Positions 43,042-51,961 of a stretch of 53,017 nt of DNA are shown one piece after another. The notes below the pieces were generated by a model. It did no database searches, was not told the origin of the DNA, and saw only the letters and a program-made list of their open reading frames with translations. Source of the DNA: an uncultured Candidatus Saccharibacteria bacterium (GTDB taxonomy: Bacteria; Patescibacteriota; Minisyncoccia; Minisyncoccales; CAZPAG01); assembly GCA_964584545.1 (NCBI GenBank), contig CAZPAG010000002.1, positions 1 through 53,017 on the forward strand. The letters are read 5' to 3'. A program made the translations under genes and the position numbers. The stretch's first letter is position 1. Each line of letters begins with the position of its first letter.

Positions 43042-43485
43042 ATGACAAGCAGGTTCGTTAATGCAAAAAACGCCAGAAAGGGAGAGTATAAAAAAGTCAT
43101 CGAAGAAATAGCCAGAACAAAAAAATGCCCTTTCTGTAAAGAGAATTTCAAATATCATAAAAAACCCATCTATAAGAAGATGGGTGGCTGGTTTTTAACC
43201 AACAACAGCTGGCCATACAAAAACGCTAAAAATCACCTCATTATCCTCGGATACAAGCATAAAGAAAACTTTGACGAGCTGACCGGCAAGGACTTCAAAG
43301 ATATTTCCTTTTTGACCAATTGGGCCATTAAAAATTTCAAAATAAAAGGAGGAGGGTTGGCCATTAGATTTGGCGATACAAACTTTACCGGAGCCTCCGT
43401 ATCCCACCTCCACTTTCACATAATCTCTCCGAAAATAGACAAAAAAACAAAACGGGCCAGGCCCGTCAGTTTCCCTATAGGGTAA
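43042..43485 (+). CDS. HIT-family nucleotide hydrolase/transferase
   Basis: Histidine triad HLHFHI near the C-terminus. There is also an N-terminal CPFC. Confidence 0.7.
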   Translation: MTSRFVNAKNARKGEYKKVIEEIARTKKCPFCKENFKYHKKPIYKKMGGWFLTNNSWPYKNAKNHLIILGYKHKENFDELTGKDFKDISFLTNWAIKNFKIKGGGLAIRFGDTNFTGASVSHLHFHIISPKIDKKTKRARPVSFPIG

Positions 43486-43486
43486 A

Positions 43487-44308
43487 TTATATCCCTATAT
43501 CCGCCTTAATGGACGGATAAGGGTCATACCCTTCAAGTTTAAAGTCTTCGTAATCAAAATCGAAGATATTTTTTATTTTCGGGTTAAGATTCATTTTCGG
43601 CAAGGATTTGGGAACGCGCTCTAACTGAGTCTTTGCCTGCTCTATATGATTTAAATAAATATGAGCATCGGACAAGGTATGAACGAATTCATGAGATTTT
43701 AAACCTGTAACCTGGGCTGCCATCATCAACAGCAAAGAATAGGAAGCGATATTGAAAGGCACCCCTAAAAATATATCGCAGCTCCTCTGGAAAAGGTGAA
43801 GAGACAATTTTCCTTGGGCGTGGAAAAACTTGAAAAAACAATGACAGGGAGCGACAAAAACCTTGTCCACGTCTTCAGGATCCCAGGAAGAAACAACCAA
43901 GCGGCGCGAATCTGGGTTTCTTTTAACGTCTTCTATTACGTCTGATATCTGATCGATAACTCCTCCGTCTCTTTTCTTCCACCTACGCCATTTCTCCCCG
44001 TAAATAGGCCCTAATTCCCCTGGAGGCAGGTCATATCTGGCGGTAGCCTCAGGAGTAGCCCATTCATCCCAAATAGTGACTCCGTGGTCCTGGAGGTATT
44101 TTACGTTGGTATCTCCCCTTAAAAACCATAAAAGCTCGTAAATAATCGATTTCAAAGGCATTTTCTTGGTTGTAAGCAATGGGAAACCATCATCCATCTT
44201 AAACCTCATCTGGTAGCCGCAAACGGCAATATTCCCTATTCCTTGGGGATCGCCTTTTCTCTCCCCATTTTCTAAAACGTGTTTTAATAAATCCAGATAT
44301 TGTTTCAT
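43487..44308 (-). CDS. thyA: thymidylate synthase (ThyA)
   Basis: [32 protein letters not shown], and the catalytic PCH in [10 protein letters not shown]. Confidence 0.95.
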   Translation of the reverse strand: MKQYLDLLKHVLENGERKGDPQGIGNIAVCGYQMRFKMDDGFPLLTTKKMPLKSIIYELLWFLRGDTNVKYLQDHGVTIWDEWATPEATARYDLPPGELGPIYGEKWRRWKKRDGGVIDQISDVIEDVKRNPDSRRLVVSSWDPEDVDKVFVAPCHCFFKFFHAQGKLSLHLFQRSCDIFLGVPFNIASYSLLLMMAAQVTGLKSHEFVHTLSDAHIYLNHIEQAKTQLERVPKSLPKMNLNPKIKNIFDFDYEDFKLEGYDPYPSIKADIGI

Positions 44309-44329
44309 ATGGTGTTATATTAACAAATT

Positions 44330-45166
44330 TTATTTATTCTTGGCAATACGAAATATTTTTACGCCAGACAATTTCATTATCTTTTCACCATCCAAATTTG
44401 AAGCTCCTTCTGAAAAATAGAGTTTCTTAATCCCTGAATAAGCAACGAGTTTTGCGCATAAAGGGCAGGGATAATGAGTTAAATAGAGAGAAGCACCCAA
44501 AAGCTTTATGCCTTTTTTGGCAGCTTCTGATATAAGAGCCTGCTCTGCGTGTATGGTCGGAGACAGTTCCTGCTTTTCCCCGGCTTTAAAAAGATCCCTT
44601 ATAGAGCCCAATTGGTAAGGGGTATTATCGTTTGGCACGCCCATGTTATAGGAACGAATGACTATTTTCCCGCCTTTTACCAAAACCGCCCCTATCTGTC
44701 TCCACCAGTCTCCGCTCTTTTCAGATTCTTTATAAGCCTCTTTCATCATTTTCAAGTCAAAAGGTTTTTTAGAAACAATGACGTTCTTTGCCGGGAACTC
44801 AGCTAAAACGCGGCTCCTATCCCACCTCAAGAAGGCAGATTCCCACTCTACTTTTTTCCCTTTGAGATATTTATTATATAAATTACGGGAAATTTCATCC
44901 TGAACAAGAATAATCTTTTCATTTTTTATCTTTCTGATATTTTTTTTAAAAAGAATCGACACGTTCTGAAACCCCATTTTATTCAGCAATTCTTTGATAA
45001 CCTTAGAATCTATCGAGGCAATATCTCTCTTTACATCAGACAGCTCTTCCTGCAGTTTTTCATCTATAAGATAAATGGAAGAAACTCCTCCTCTGATTTT
45101 ATTGAAGAAATCTAAATATCCCTTGTGAATGACAGGGATATGTAAAATTAGAATCTTTTTGACCAT
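44330..45166 (-). CDS. dCMP deaminase with an uncharacterised N-terminal domain of roughly 130 aa
   Basis: C-terminal CMP/dCMP deaminase zinc motifs HAEQALI and PCPLCA. The N-terminal half has no motif I recognise. Confidence 0.75.
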   Translation of the reverse strand: MVKKILILHIPVIHKGYLDFFNKIRGGVSSIYLIDEKLQEELSDVKRDIASIDSKVIKELLNKMGFQNVSILFKKNIRKIKNEKIILVQDEISRNLYNKYLKGKKVEWESAFLRWDRSRVLAEFPAKNVIVSKKPFDLKMMKEAYKESEKSGDWWRQIGAVLVKGGKIVIRSYNMGVPNDNTPYQLGSIRDLFKAGEKQELSPTIHAEQALISEAAKKGIKLLGASLYLTHYPCPLCAKLVAYSGIKKLYFSEGASNLDGEKIMKLSGVKIFRIAKNK

Positions 45167-45176
45167 AGAAATTTAA

Positions 45177-45599
45177 TTATTCAACGGTAACGCCCATATT
45201 TCTGGCGGTACCCTCGATAATTTTCATTGCCGCCTCGATATTGTCAGCGTTCAAATCAGACATTTTCTTTAAGGCTATTTCTTTAATCTGAGCCTTGGTA
45301 ATTTTACCCACTTTTGTCTTATTAGGCTCGCCTGACCCCTTCTCAATGCCGATAGTCTTCTTGATAAGCTCTGAAGCTGGCGGCTGCTTTGTTGTGAAGG
45401 TATACGTCCTGTCTTCATAAACCGTAACCACAACCGGGATGGTAAACCCTACCATGTCTTTAGTGACTGCATTAAACTTTTGACAAAACTCGGACATATT
45501 TAAACCGTGAGGAGCCAATGCCGGTCCCACTGGCGGAGCCGGGGTTGCTGCCCCAGCGGATATTTGTAATTTTACGACTGCTTTTATTTTTTTTGCCAT
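45177..45599 (-). CDS. rplK: ribosomal protein L11
   Basis: [34 protein letters not shown]. Confidence 0.95.
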   Translation of the reverse strand: MAKKIKAVVKLQISAGAATPAPPVGPALAPHGLNMSEFCQKFNAVTKDMVGFTIPVVVTVYEDRTYTFTTKQPPASELIKKTIGIEKGSGEPNKTKVGKITKAQIKEIALKKMSDLNADNIEAAMKIIEGTARNMGVTVE

Positions 45600-45618
45600 A
45601 AATTTTTATTAAAAATTT

Positions 45619-45643
45619 CCAGGGTCCCGCTATCGGGAATCAT
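45619..45643 (-). repeat. family-1 element: hairpin plus GGGACCCTG box
   Basis: Minus sense reads ATGATTCCCG-ATAG-CGGGACCCTGGAAATTTTTAATAAAAATTT-ATG(rplK). Confidence 0.6.
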
Positions 45644-45647
45644 ATTA

Positions 45648-46193
45648 TTAAATCTTTTTTATTTGCAATGAATCAAGCTCTACCGGAGTGTCCCTGCCAA
45701 ACATATTGACTAAAACCTTTATTCTGCCTTTTTCCTCGTCAATTTCAGAGACTTTGCCGTCAAAATCCTTGAACGGGCCGTCGGTGATCTTGACCAAATC
45801 CCCGATCTGAACTTCAATTTTGTACTGCGGAGCCTCAACCCCCATTCTCTTCATCAAGCTGTTGATCTCTCCTTCTGAAACAGGGACAGGAGTGGTTCCG
45901 GCCCCGACAAACCCGGTAACGTTAGGAGTGTTCCTGACAACATACCAGGAGTCGTCCGTAACTATCATTTCCACCAAAACATAGCCCGGATAGATTTTTT
46001 CTTCGGTGGTTTTTCTCTTCCCGTCTCTTATCTTAATCTTTTTTTCCTTCGGCACAATGACATTGAATATCTTGTCATCCATTCCCAAAGACTCGATACG
46101 CTGCTTCAAGTTCTTGGCAACGGCATCCTCATACCCCGAATAAGTATGGATAACATACCAATGTTTTTCCTGGGACAGTTGTTGTTTTGGCAT
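45648..46193 (-). CDS. nusG: transcription termination/antitermination factor NusG
   Basis: HWYVIHTYSGYEDAV (NGN) and the KOW motif GDLVKITDGPFKDFDGKVSEI. Confidence 0.95.
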   Translation of the reverse strand: MPKQQLSQEKHWYVIHTYSGYEDAVAKNLKQRIESLGMDDKIFNVIVPKEKKIKIRDGKRKTTEEKIYPGYVLVEMIVTDDSWYVVRNTPNVTGFVGAGTTPVPVSEGEINSLMKRMGVEAPQYKIEVQIGDLVKITDGPFKDFDGKVSEIDEEKGRIKVLVNMFGRDTPVELDSLQIKKI

Positions 46194-46194
46194 T

Positions 46195-46389
46195 TTACTT
46201 AATAAGGAATTTATTTATAAAGGTGGTGAAACCGAAATCTATCCCGCCCAAGAATATGGCCACGGCCACAGATATGCCAATGACAATCAAGGTATATCTC
46301 AAGGTCTCCTGCCTTGTCGGCCAGTTAACTTTTTTAATTTCCAAGCGAACTTCTCCAAGAAAGCTCGCAATTTTGTCAAAAATATTCAT
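46195..46389 (-). CDS. secE: preprotein translocase subunit SecE
   Basis: 64 aa with EIKKVNWPTRQE followed by a single TM helix. It lies directly upstream of nusG. Confidence 0.9.
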   Translation of the reverse strand: MNIFDKIASFLGEVRLEIKKVNWPTRQETLRYTLIVIGISVAVAIFLGGIDFGFTTFINKFLIK

Positions 46390-46467
46390 ATAATTCTATT
46401 CTGATTAAATGCTGTGATAGAAATCCGTTACACGGATTTTAAAACGGCCTCGGCGGCCATCGCCCTC

Positions 46468-46495
46468 ATAATACCAGAGAGGAATCAGATGTCAA
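46468..46495 (-). promoter_or_regulatory. near-consensus sigma70 promoter with extended -10, upstream of secE
   Basis: Minus sense reads TTGACA - 16 nt (ending in TGG) - TATTAT. Confidence 0.55.
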
Positions 46496-46607
46496 CCCCG
46501 CACCACTTTTACTTGCAAAGTCAATCATAGAAAGAAAAAATTATTTGAAAAAGATTTTTTACAAAATAAATACGCTTTTGGTGAAAGTGGTGTAGGGGTC
46601 AAGGTTT

Positions 46608-49600
46608 TCAAATATCTAAATTTTTGGCCTTCTTGGCGTAAGTCTGGATAAACTTCTTTCTGGGAAAAACCTCGTCTCCCATCAGAACATCAAATATCCT
46701 GTCAGCTTCCTTGGCGTTATCAATATTAACCTGCAACAAAATCCTATTCTGGGGATTCATTGTCGTATCCCATAGTTGTTCCGGATTCATCTCTCCCAAA
46801 CCTTTATACCTCTGTATGGAGGTCCCGAAAGACCTTTTCATGGACTTTAAAACCGAATCTTTCTGATCTTCGGTGTAAGCGTATTTGATCTCTTTCCCCG
46901 ACTGTATTCTGTATAAAGGAGGCTGGGCAATATATAAACAACCCGCTTCAATAATGGGCTGGAAATAGCGATAAAACAGAGTTAATAGCAATGTCCTGAT
47001 GTGGTTCCCGTCGCTGTCTGCATCAGACATTATGACTATGCGATGATACCTTAGCTTGTCCAAATTGAAATCGCTGGCCACAGCCGTTCCCAAAGCAATA
47101 ATCAAAGATTTAATTTCTTTTGAAGCAAGCATTTTATCCAAGCGTGCCCGCTCAACATTCAATATCTTTCCCCTCAAAGGCAGTATAGCCTGGAATCTCC
47201 TGTCGCGCGCTCCTTTCGCGCTATTATGCACAAACACGCCTGCCGCTAAGGCAAAATTATGCGTCCCTTCAACCTCAATATCGTAAACATCAGCTCTCTT
47301 TTTTAATCTTACTATCTTCTTTATTTTATGGTTATAATTTGAGACGGCCTGTTCTAATTCTTCTTTACTGCCATTGAAAAAACGCTGACTAATGGTACTA
47401 TATCTCAAAACACTTTTATCTTTTGAGGTCATTCTCTCTTGATTATATTCCCCCTCATCCACTCTACCGTAGCTGTCGAAAATCTTCTTCATTAATTTTA
47501 AAGCCTTTTCCTTATACGTTTGATTGTATGTTGCTTTTCTTTCTTCCCTAAATGCCCGAGTCCACTGCTCTCTGGTTTTTTGGCTTCTCCACGCTAGCAA
47601 TTCTTGGTTCTTCCATTCGAGTTTTGCCTTCAAAGCCAATTTCTCTTTTGCTTCCGGATGTTCTCTAAAGTAATTTCGGGCCCTTTCTGCTTGTTTATTC
47701 CTGTTTGCCCCATCAGACCAATATTTCTTCTGATTTTCGTATAAAATTTTAATATTTTTCTCGCGATAATCCTTATTCTTCCGATAAAACTCAAAGAATT
47801 TCTGAGTCATATATTCCTTATATTCTTTATTCTCCCATTGCTTCTTCGCTCTTTCGCTTAGCATTTTCCGCATTTCTGGTTTCAGCATGGAATTTCTAAT
47901 TTTTTCTCTAAATTCCTTGGATTGTCTTATTTTTCTTAACTTCTCCTTTATCTCCGGCCTAGACATAAGTTGGCTTATCAACCTGCTATGCAATTTTCTA
48001 TGCTCTTTGGAATCCATCCTTATTATATTGTCAGGATGGTTATTAAGCTTATTTAGATCAGAATGGTGAATCGCCTGCCCCTCTTTTTTCGCATATTTTC
48101 TTTTCTCAATATTATATCCGTCCGCTAAAAGATGACTAAATATATATTGATATTTTTTAGGGTCAAACACCATTTCATATCCTTTAATTGTGATTCCTCC
48201 GCCTATTTCTGAAAATTTACGATATAACGGATTCAAAGAATCTTTAACTGTTAATTCCTCAGCCGCCTTATAATCTCCGCTTCGTAACATAAACTTGTGG
48301 TCCGGAGTGCAGAGTATTTCCTTTCTATTGTCAAGAATAATTTTAATTACTTCTGTTTTTCTCTTGGTCAGTCGTGGACTCCTAATATGTCCTATTCCAA
48401 TAAAACCATCCTCTTTGATGGTATAGCAATAATTTTTCTTACCTATTTTATCCTCCTCTATCAACTCTCTGAAAGTCAAATTCCTCCCGTCTATTAAAGC
48501 GACTTCCGTATCTCCGGTAAAACAGCCTCCGGCCGATTCTCCCTCCACAATATATAATTCTGATTCTTCCGGTTTATTCGAAGAGCAGTCTGCCAGTTTG
48601 CCCGGCAAAGCTAATCCATCCAATATCCCCTTTCTTAAAACGGTTTCTCTGGCTGATTTGGCAGCCACTCTCGCTTTCTGAGAAATAATACATTTTTCAA
48701 TAATGGCTTTCGCGTCCTGAGGGTTCCTTTCCAAAAAGTCTGCCAAAGCCTCTGAGACAACCGCTTCCACCGCAGGCTTAGCTTCCTGGTTACCCAGCTT
48801 TGCCTTTGTCTGCCCCTCAAACTGAGGTTCCCGTATTTTCACAGACACTACCGAGGTTAAGCCTTCCCTGATATCCTCTCCGCTCAAGTTTTCATCGTTT
48901 CCCCTTATATATCCGTTCTTCTTTGCAAAATCGTTAAATGTTCTTGTTAAAGCCGTCCTGAACCCTGTCAAATGGGTTCCTCCTTCCCCGGTATATATAT
49001 TATTGGCGAAACTCTCTTCATAACACTCGTACTCCTCGGTGTATTGAAAAGCTCCTTCAACCAAAATCCCGTCCTTTTCCGCAGTTCCATAAAAAACATT
49101 GGGATGTCTGGGGGCTGACCCGCGAGTCAGATATTTAACGTAGGAGTTGATCCCTCCTTCGAAATAAAAGGAGTAGGATTTAGTCGCTTTCTCGGTCTGA
49201 TCAATAATAGTTATTCTTGTTCCTTTTGTAAGATAGGCCTGCTGGCGAAGATGATTCAAAACCTTTTTTAAATCAAATCTGATTTCCTTGAAAATTTCCG
49301 TATCTGGCTCAAAAATAATGGTGGTTCCCGTTTTCTTACACTTTCCGTCTTTCTTTACTTTGGTTTTAGGCTTCCCTTTTGAATATTCCTGGGTATATAA
49401 AAATCCGTCCCGGCACACTTCAGCTTTCATCCAGATGGACAAAGCGCAAACCACAGAAACTCCTACCCCGTGAAGACCTCCCGAAACCTTATAGGCTTCC
49501 CCTCCGAACTTTCCTCCGGCATGCAGGGTAGTTAATACCGTTTCCAAGGCTGACTTTTTGGTTTGTTTATGAATATCCACCGGGATTCCTCTACCGTCAT

Positions 49601-49841
49601 CTGTAACCTTTACCCTGTTGTTAGGCAACAAAACAACCTCAATATTTTTTGCGTAACCTCCCATCGCCTCATCCAAAGAGTTGTCCACCACCTCCCAAAT
49701 CAAATGGTGAACTCCCTCGGGACCGGTTGAGCCGATATACATAGCCGGTCTTTTCCTGACCGGGTCTAATCCTTCCAATACATAAATATCTTTTGCCGTA
49801 TACTCCCCTTCTGTTTTTTGCTGTTTTGATTTCTTTGACAT
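46608..49841 (-). CDS. gyrB: DNA gyrase subunit B interrupted by an intein
   Basis: GLDPVRKRPAMYIG, GLHGVG, EGESAGG | intein | SAKGARDRRFQAILPLRGKILNVE, and IMSDADSDGNHI. ATG 49841 is preferred over the TTG at 49880. Confidence 0.95.
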   Translation of the reverse strand: MSKKSKQQKTEGEYTAKDIYVLEGLDPVRKRPAMYIGSTGPEGVHHLIWEVVDNSLDEAMGGYAKNIEVVLLPNNRVKVTDDGRGIPVDIHKQTKKSALETVLTTLHAGGKFGGEAYKVSGGLHGVGVSVVCALSIWMKAEVCRDGFLYTQEYSKGKPKTKVKKDGKCKKTGTTIIFEPDTEIFKEIRFDLKKVLNHLRQQAYLTKGTRITIIDQTEKATKSYSFYFEGGINSYVKYLTRGSAPRHPNVFYGTAEKDGILVEGAFQYTEEYECYEESFANNIYTGEGGTHLTGFRTALTRTFNDFAKKNGYIRGNDENLSGEDIREGLTSVVSVKIREPQFEGQTKAKLGNQEAKPAVEAVVSEALADFLERNPQDAKAIIEKCIISQKARVAAKSARETVLRKGILDGLALPGKLADCSSNKPEESELYIVEGESAGGCFTGDTEVALIDGRNLTFRELIEEDKIGKKNYCYTIKEDGFIGIGHIRSPRLTKRKTEVIKIILDNRKEILCTPDHKFMLRSGDYKAAEELTVKDSLNPLYRKFSEIGGGITIKGYEMVFDPKKYQYIFSHLLADGYNIEKRKYAKKEGQAIHHSDLNKLNNHPDNIIRMDSKEHRKLHSRLISQLMSRPEIKEKLRKIRQSKEFREKIRNSMLKPEMRKMLSERAKKQWENKEYKEYMTQKFFEFYRKNKDYREKNIKILYENQKKYWSDGANRNKQAERARNYFREHPEAKEKLALKAKLEWKNQELLAWRSQKTREQWTRAFREERKATYNQTYKEKALKLMKKIFDSYGRVDEGEYNQERMTSKDKSVLRYSTISQRFFNGSKEELEQAVSNYNHKIKKIVRLKKRADVYDIEVEGTHNFALAAGVFVHNSAKGARDRRFQAILPLRGKILNVERARLDKMLASKEIKSLIIALGTAVASDFNLDKLRYHRIVIMSDADSDGNHIRTLLLTLFYRYFQPIIEAGCLYIAQPPLYRIQSGKEIKYAYTEDQKDSVLKSMKRSFGTSIQRYKGLGEMNPEQLWDTTMNPQNRILLQVNIDNAKEADRIFDVLMGDEVFPRKKFIQTYAKKAKNLDI
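47223..48524 (-). mobile_element. GyrB intein (434 aa) with HNH endonuclease and NUMOD-like repeats
   Basis: Block A CFTGDTEVALIDG, block B CTPDH, HNH IHHSDLNKLNNHPDNIIRMDSKEHRKLH, block F VYDIEVEGTHNFALAAG, block G VFVHN with +1 Ser. Confidence 0.9.
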
Positions 49842-49888
49842 AATTTGTAAAATTTTTGTAAGCGTATTTTTATTTATCAATAAAAATT

Positions 49889-49916
49889 TACAGGGTCTCC
49901 GCTGAAAGCGGGAATT
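49889..49916 (-). repeat. family-1 element (divergent): hairpin plus GGAGACCCTG box
   Basis: Minus sense reads TTCCCGC-TTTCA-GCGGAGACCCTGTAAATTTTTA. It overlaps the pheT stop and lies 48 nt upstream of the gyrB ATG. Confidence 0.5.
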
Positions 49917-51960
49917 ACTGTTTTCTTACTTGCCACTCCGGATTTTCCTCCAGAGCTTTAATTATTTTATTCTGCAATGAATCTATCTCTTGAGAAGATA
50001 GAGTTTTGTCTTCGGACTGAAATATAATATGAAAAGCCAAATTTTTCTTTCCTTCCTCAATGGCTTCTCCTTCATAAATATCGAAAAGATCGACATCTTT
50101 TACCAGATTGCCTCCGGCCCTATCAATCTTTCTTAAAACCTCTTCCACCTTAGTGAAGCGCGGTATCAAAACTGCGATATCCCTGACAGCCGCTGGGAAA
50201 CGGGAAACCGGCCTGTACTCGCTTTCTTCCGAAGCTAAGCCGGATAATTTTCCGAAATCCAGATCAAAAACGGCTATTTTCTTTTCAACCTTGAAGCTAT
50301 TGGCAACCCGAGAAGAAATCTCTCCTAAAAATCCTATCTCTTCCCTACCGACTTTAATCTCAGCGCATTTCTTCAGGTGCCAAAGGCAGGACTTTGACTC
50401 TTCTGGCGTAGGATTATACTCGTTATACCAAATGTCGCTGATACACAACTTGTTCAAAAGAGAATCTATAACTCCTTTTGTCTGATAAAATGAGTCTCCG
50501 GTTAATACTCCTGCAAGCATTATTTTTTCAGACGGCTTTTGATGCTTCTTAGTTGCGGATTGTCTGAAAACCTTTCCGAGCTCAAAGATATTGATTTCCT
50601 GGAAATTCTTTTGGTTATTAGCTATATTCTTTAATAAATTAGGAATCAGGCTCGGCCTGAAATATTGGCAGTCAGAGCTCAATGGGTTCTCCAACTCAAC
50701 CAATTCTCCTTTGCCGTAGTTTAAATTCTCCGCATCTTTCTCGGAAATAAAAGAATAGTTATATACTTCGTTAAAACCCATTTCTTTCAAAATATCTTTT
50801 GTCTTGTCTTCCCAGAAAATATTAAGATTTCTCTTCGGAGGAATCAATGAGGCTAACGGAAAAACTGTCGGAATCTTTTGATAGCCGAAAACTCTGCCGA
50901 TATCTTCTATCAAATCTTCCTGTGTCAAAACATCCAATCTCCTTGTCGGTACTTCTACATTCAGGATTTTTGATCCGGAAACTTTAAATCCCAATCTTTC
51001 TAAAATATTTTTAACCTCCTTCTCAGGGATCAAAACTCCGAGCAAATTCTTAACATAATCTAAATCCAATTTTATTTTAATAGGTAAGGCCTTTCTGGGA
51101 TAAATATCAATCTTACCCTTTAAAACCTTGCCTTTAGCAATTTTCTGTATCAGAAAAGCAGCTCTGTTAATGGCTATTTCCGTCAGGTTAGGATCAACTC
51201 CGTGCTCAAACCTCAAAGAAGCGTCCGTCTTCAAATCTATACTTTTGGAGCTGGCTCGTACGGTCTTTGGATTGAAATTAGCCGATTCCAAAACCACGGT
51301 ATCAGTTTTTTCATCAATTTCGGGAAGCTTTCCCCCTTTGATGCCGGCTATGGCTACCGGTTTTTCCGCATCGGCAATCACCAATACCTCTTTGTCTAAA
51401 TCATACTTTTCGCTGTCCAAAGTGACGATCCTTTCTCCCTTTTTAGCGAACCTGACAACTATTTTTTTACCCTCCAATTTATCCCCGTCAAATGTATGCA
51501 GGGGCTGACCTGTTTCCAGCATCACATAATTTGCGATATCAACAATATTATTAATAGGCCTTAGACCGCAAACCTTTAACGCCTTCCTGATATGCTGGGG
51601 TGAAGGGCCGACTTTAACTCCTGTAACGACCCTGGCCGTGTATCTCCGACAATCACTAGGATTTTTTACCTCAACCTTAACGAAATCTTTAGCTTTCAGC
51701 TCTTTATCCTCCTCTATTTTAAAAACCGGCTCTAAAAGCTTGGAATTTGTTATTGCCGCTATTTCCCTGGCTACCCCGACATGAGAAAAACAGTCTGCTG
51801 ATCTGTTCGGCCTTACGTCAATATCCAAAGAAAAATCTTTCCCCTCCCTTTTTAGATCCTCCACTTCGGCAAAATGCATAGTCAAAACCTCTGCCAGCTT
51901 TTCCGGTTTCAACAACTTTTTCTTGAAAAAAGATTGTAGCCAGTTATAGGAAAAAATCAT
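49915..51960 (-). CDS. pheT: phenylalanyl-tRNA synthetase beta subunit (short form without the N-terminal OB tRNA-binding domain)
   Basis: MIFSYNWLQSF..., DIDVRPNRSADCFSHVGVAREIAA, B3/4 and B5 regions, and a C-terminal FDX-ACB-like domain. Confidence 0.9.
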   Translation of the reverse strand: MIFSYNWLQSFFKKKLLKPEKLAEVLTMHFAEVEDLKREGKDFSLDIDVRPNRSADCFSHVGVAREIAAITNSKLLEPVFKIEEDKELKAKDFVKVEVKNPSDCRRYTARVVTGVKVGPSPQHIRKALKVCGLRPINNIVDIANYVMLETGQPLHTFDGDKLEGKKIVVRFAKKGERIVTLDSEKYDLDKEVLVIADAEKPVAIAGIKGGKLPEIDEKTDTVVLESANFNPKTVRASSKSIDLKTDASLRFEHGVDPNLTEIAINRAAFLIQKIAKGKVLKGKIDIYPRKALPIKIKLDLDYVKNLLGVLIPEKEVKNILERLGFKVSGSKILNVEVPTRRLDVLTQEDLIEDIGRVFGYQKIPTVFPLASLIPPKRNLNIFWEDKTKDILKEMGFNEVYNYSFISEKDAENLNYGKGELVELENPLSSDCQYFRPSLIPNLLKNIANNQKNFQEINIFELGKVFRQSATKKHQKPSEKIMLAGVLTGDSFYQTKGVIDSLLNKLCISDIWYNEYNPTPEESKSCLWHLKKCAEIKVGREEIGFLGEISSRVANSFKVEKKIAVFDLDFGKLSGLASEESEYRPVSRFPAAVRDIAVLIPRFTKVEEVLRKIDRAGGNLVKDVDLFDIYEGEAIEEGKKNLAFHIIFQSEDKTLSSQEIDSLQNKIIKALEENPEWQVRKQ

Positions 51961-51961
51961 A

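Noticed and set aside
49842-49880. TTG-initiated 13-codon extension of gyrB.
   Set aside because: The conserved GyrB N-terminus is reached from ATG 49841. The extension lies in the A/T tract after a family-1 element. This remains somewhat uncertain.
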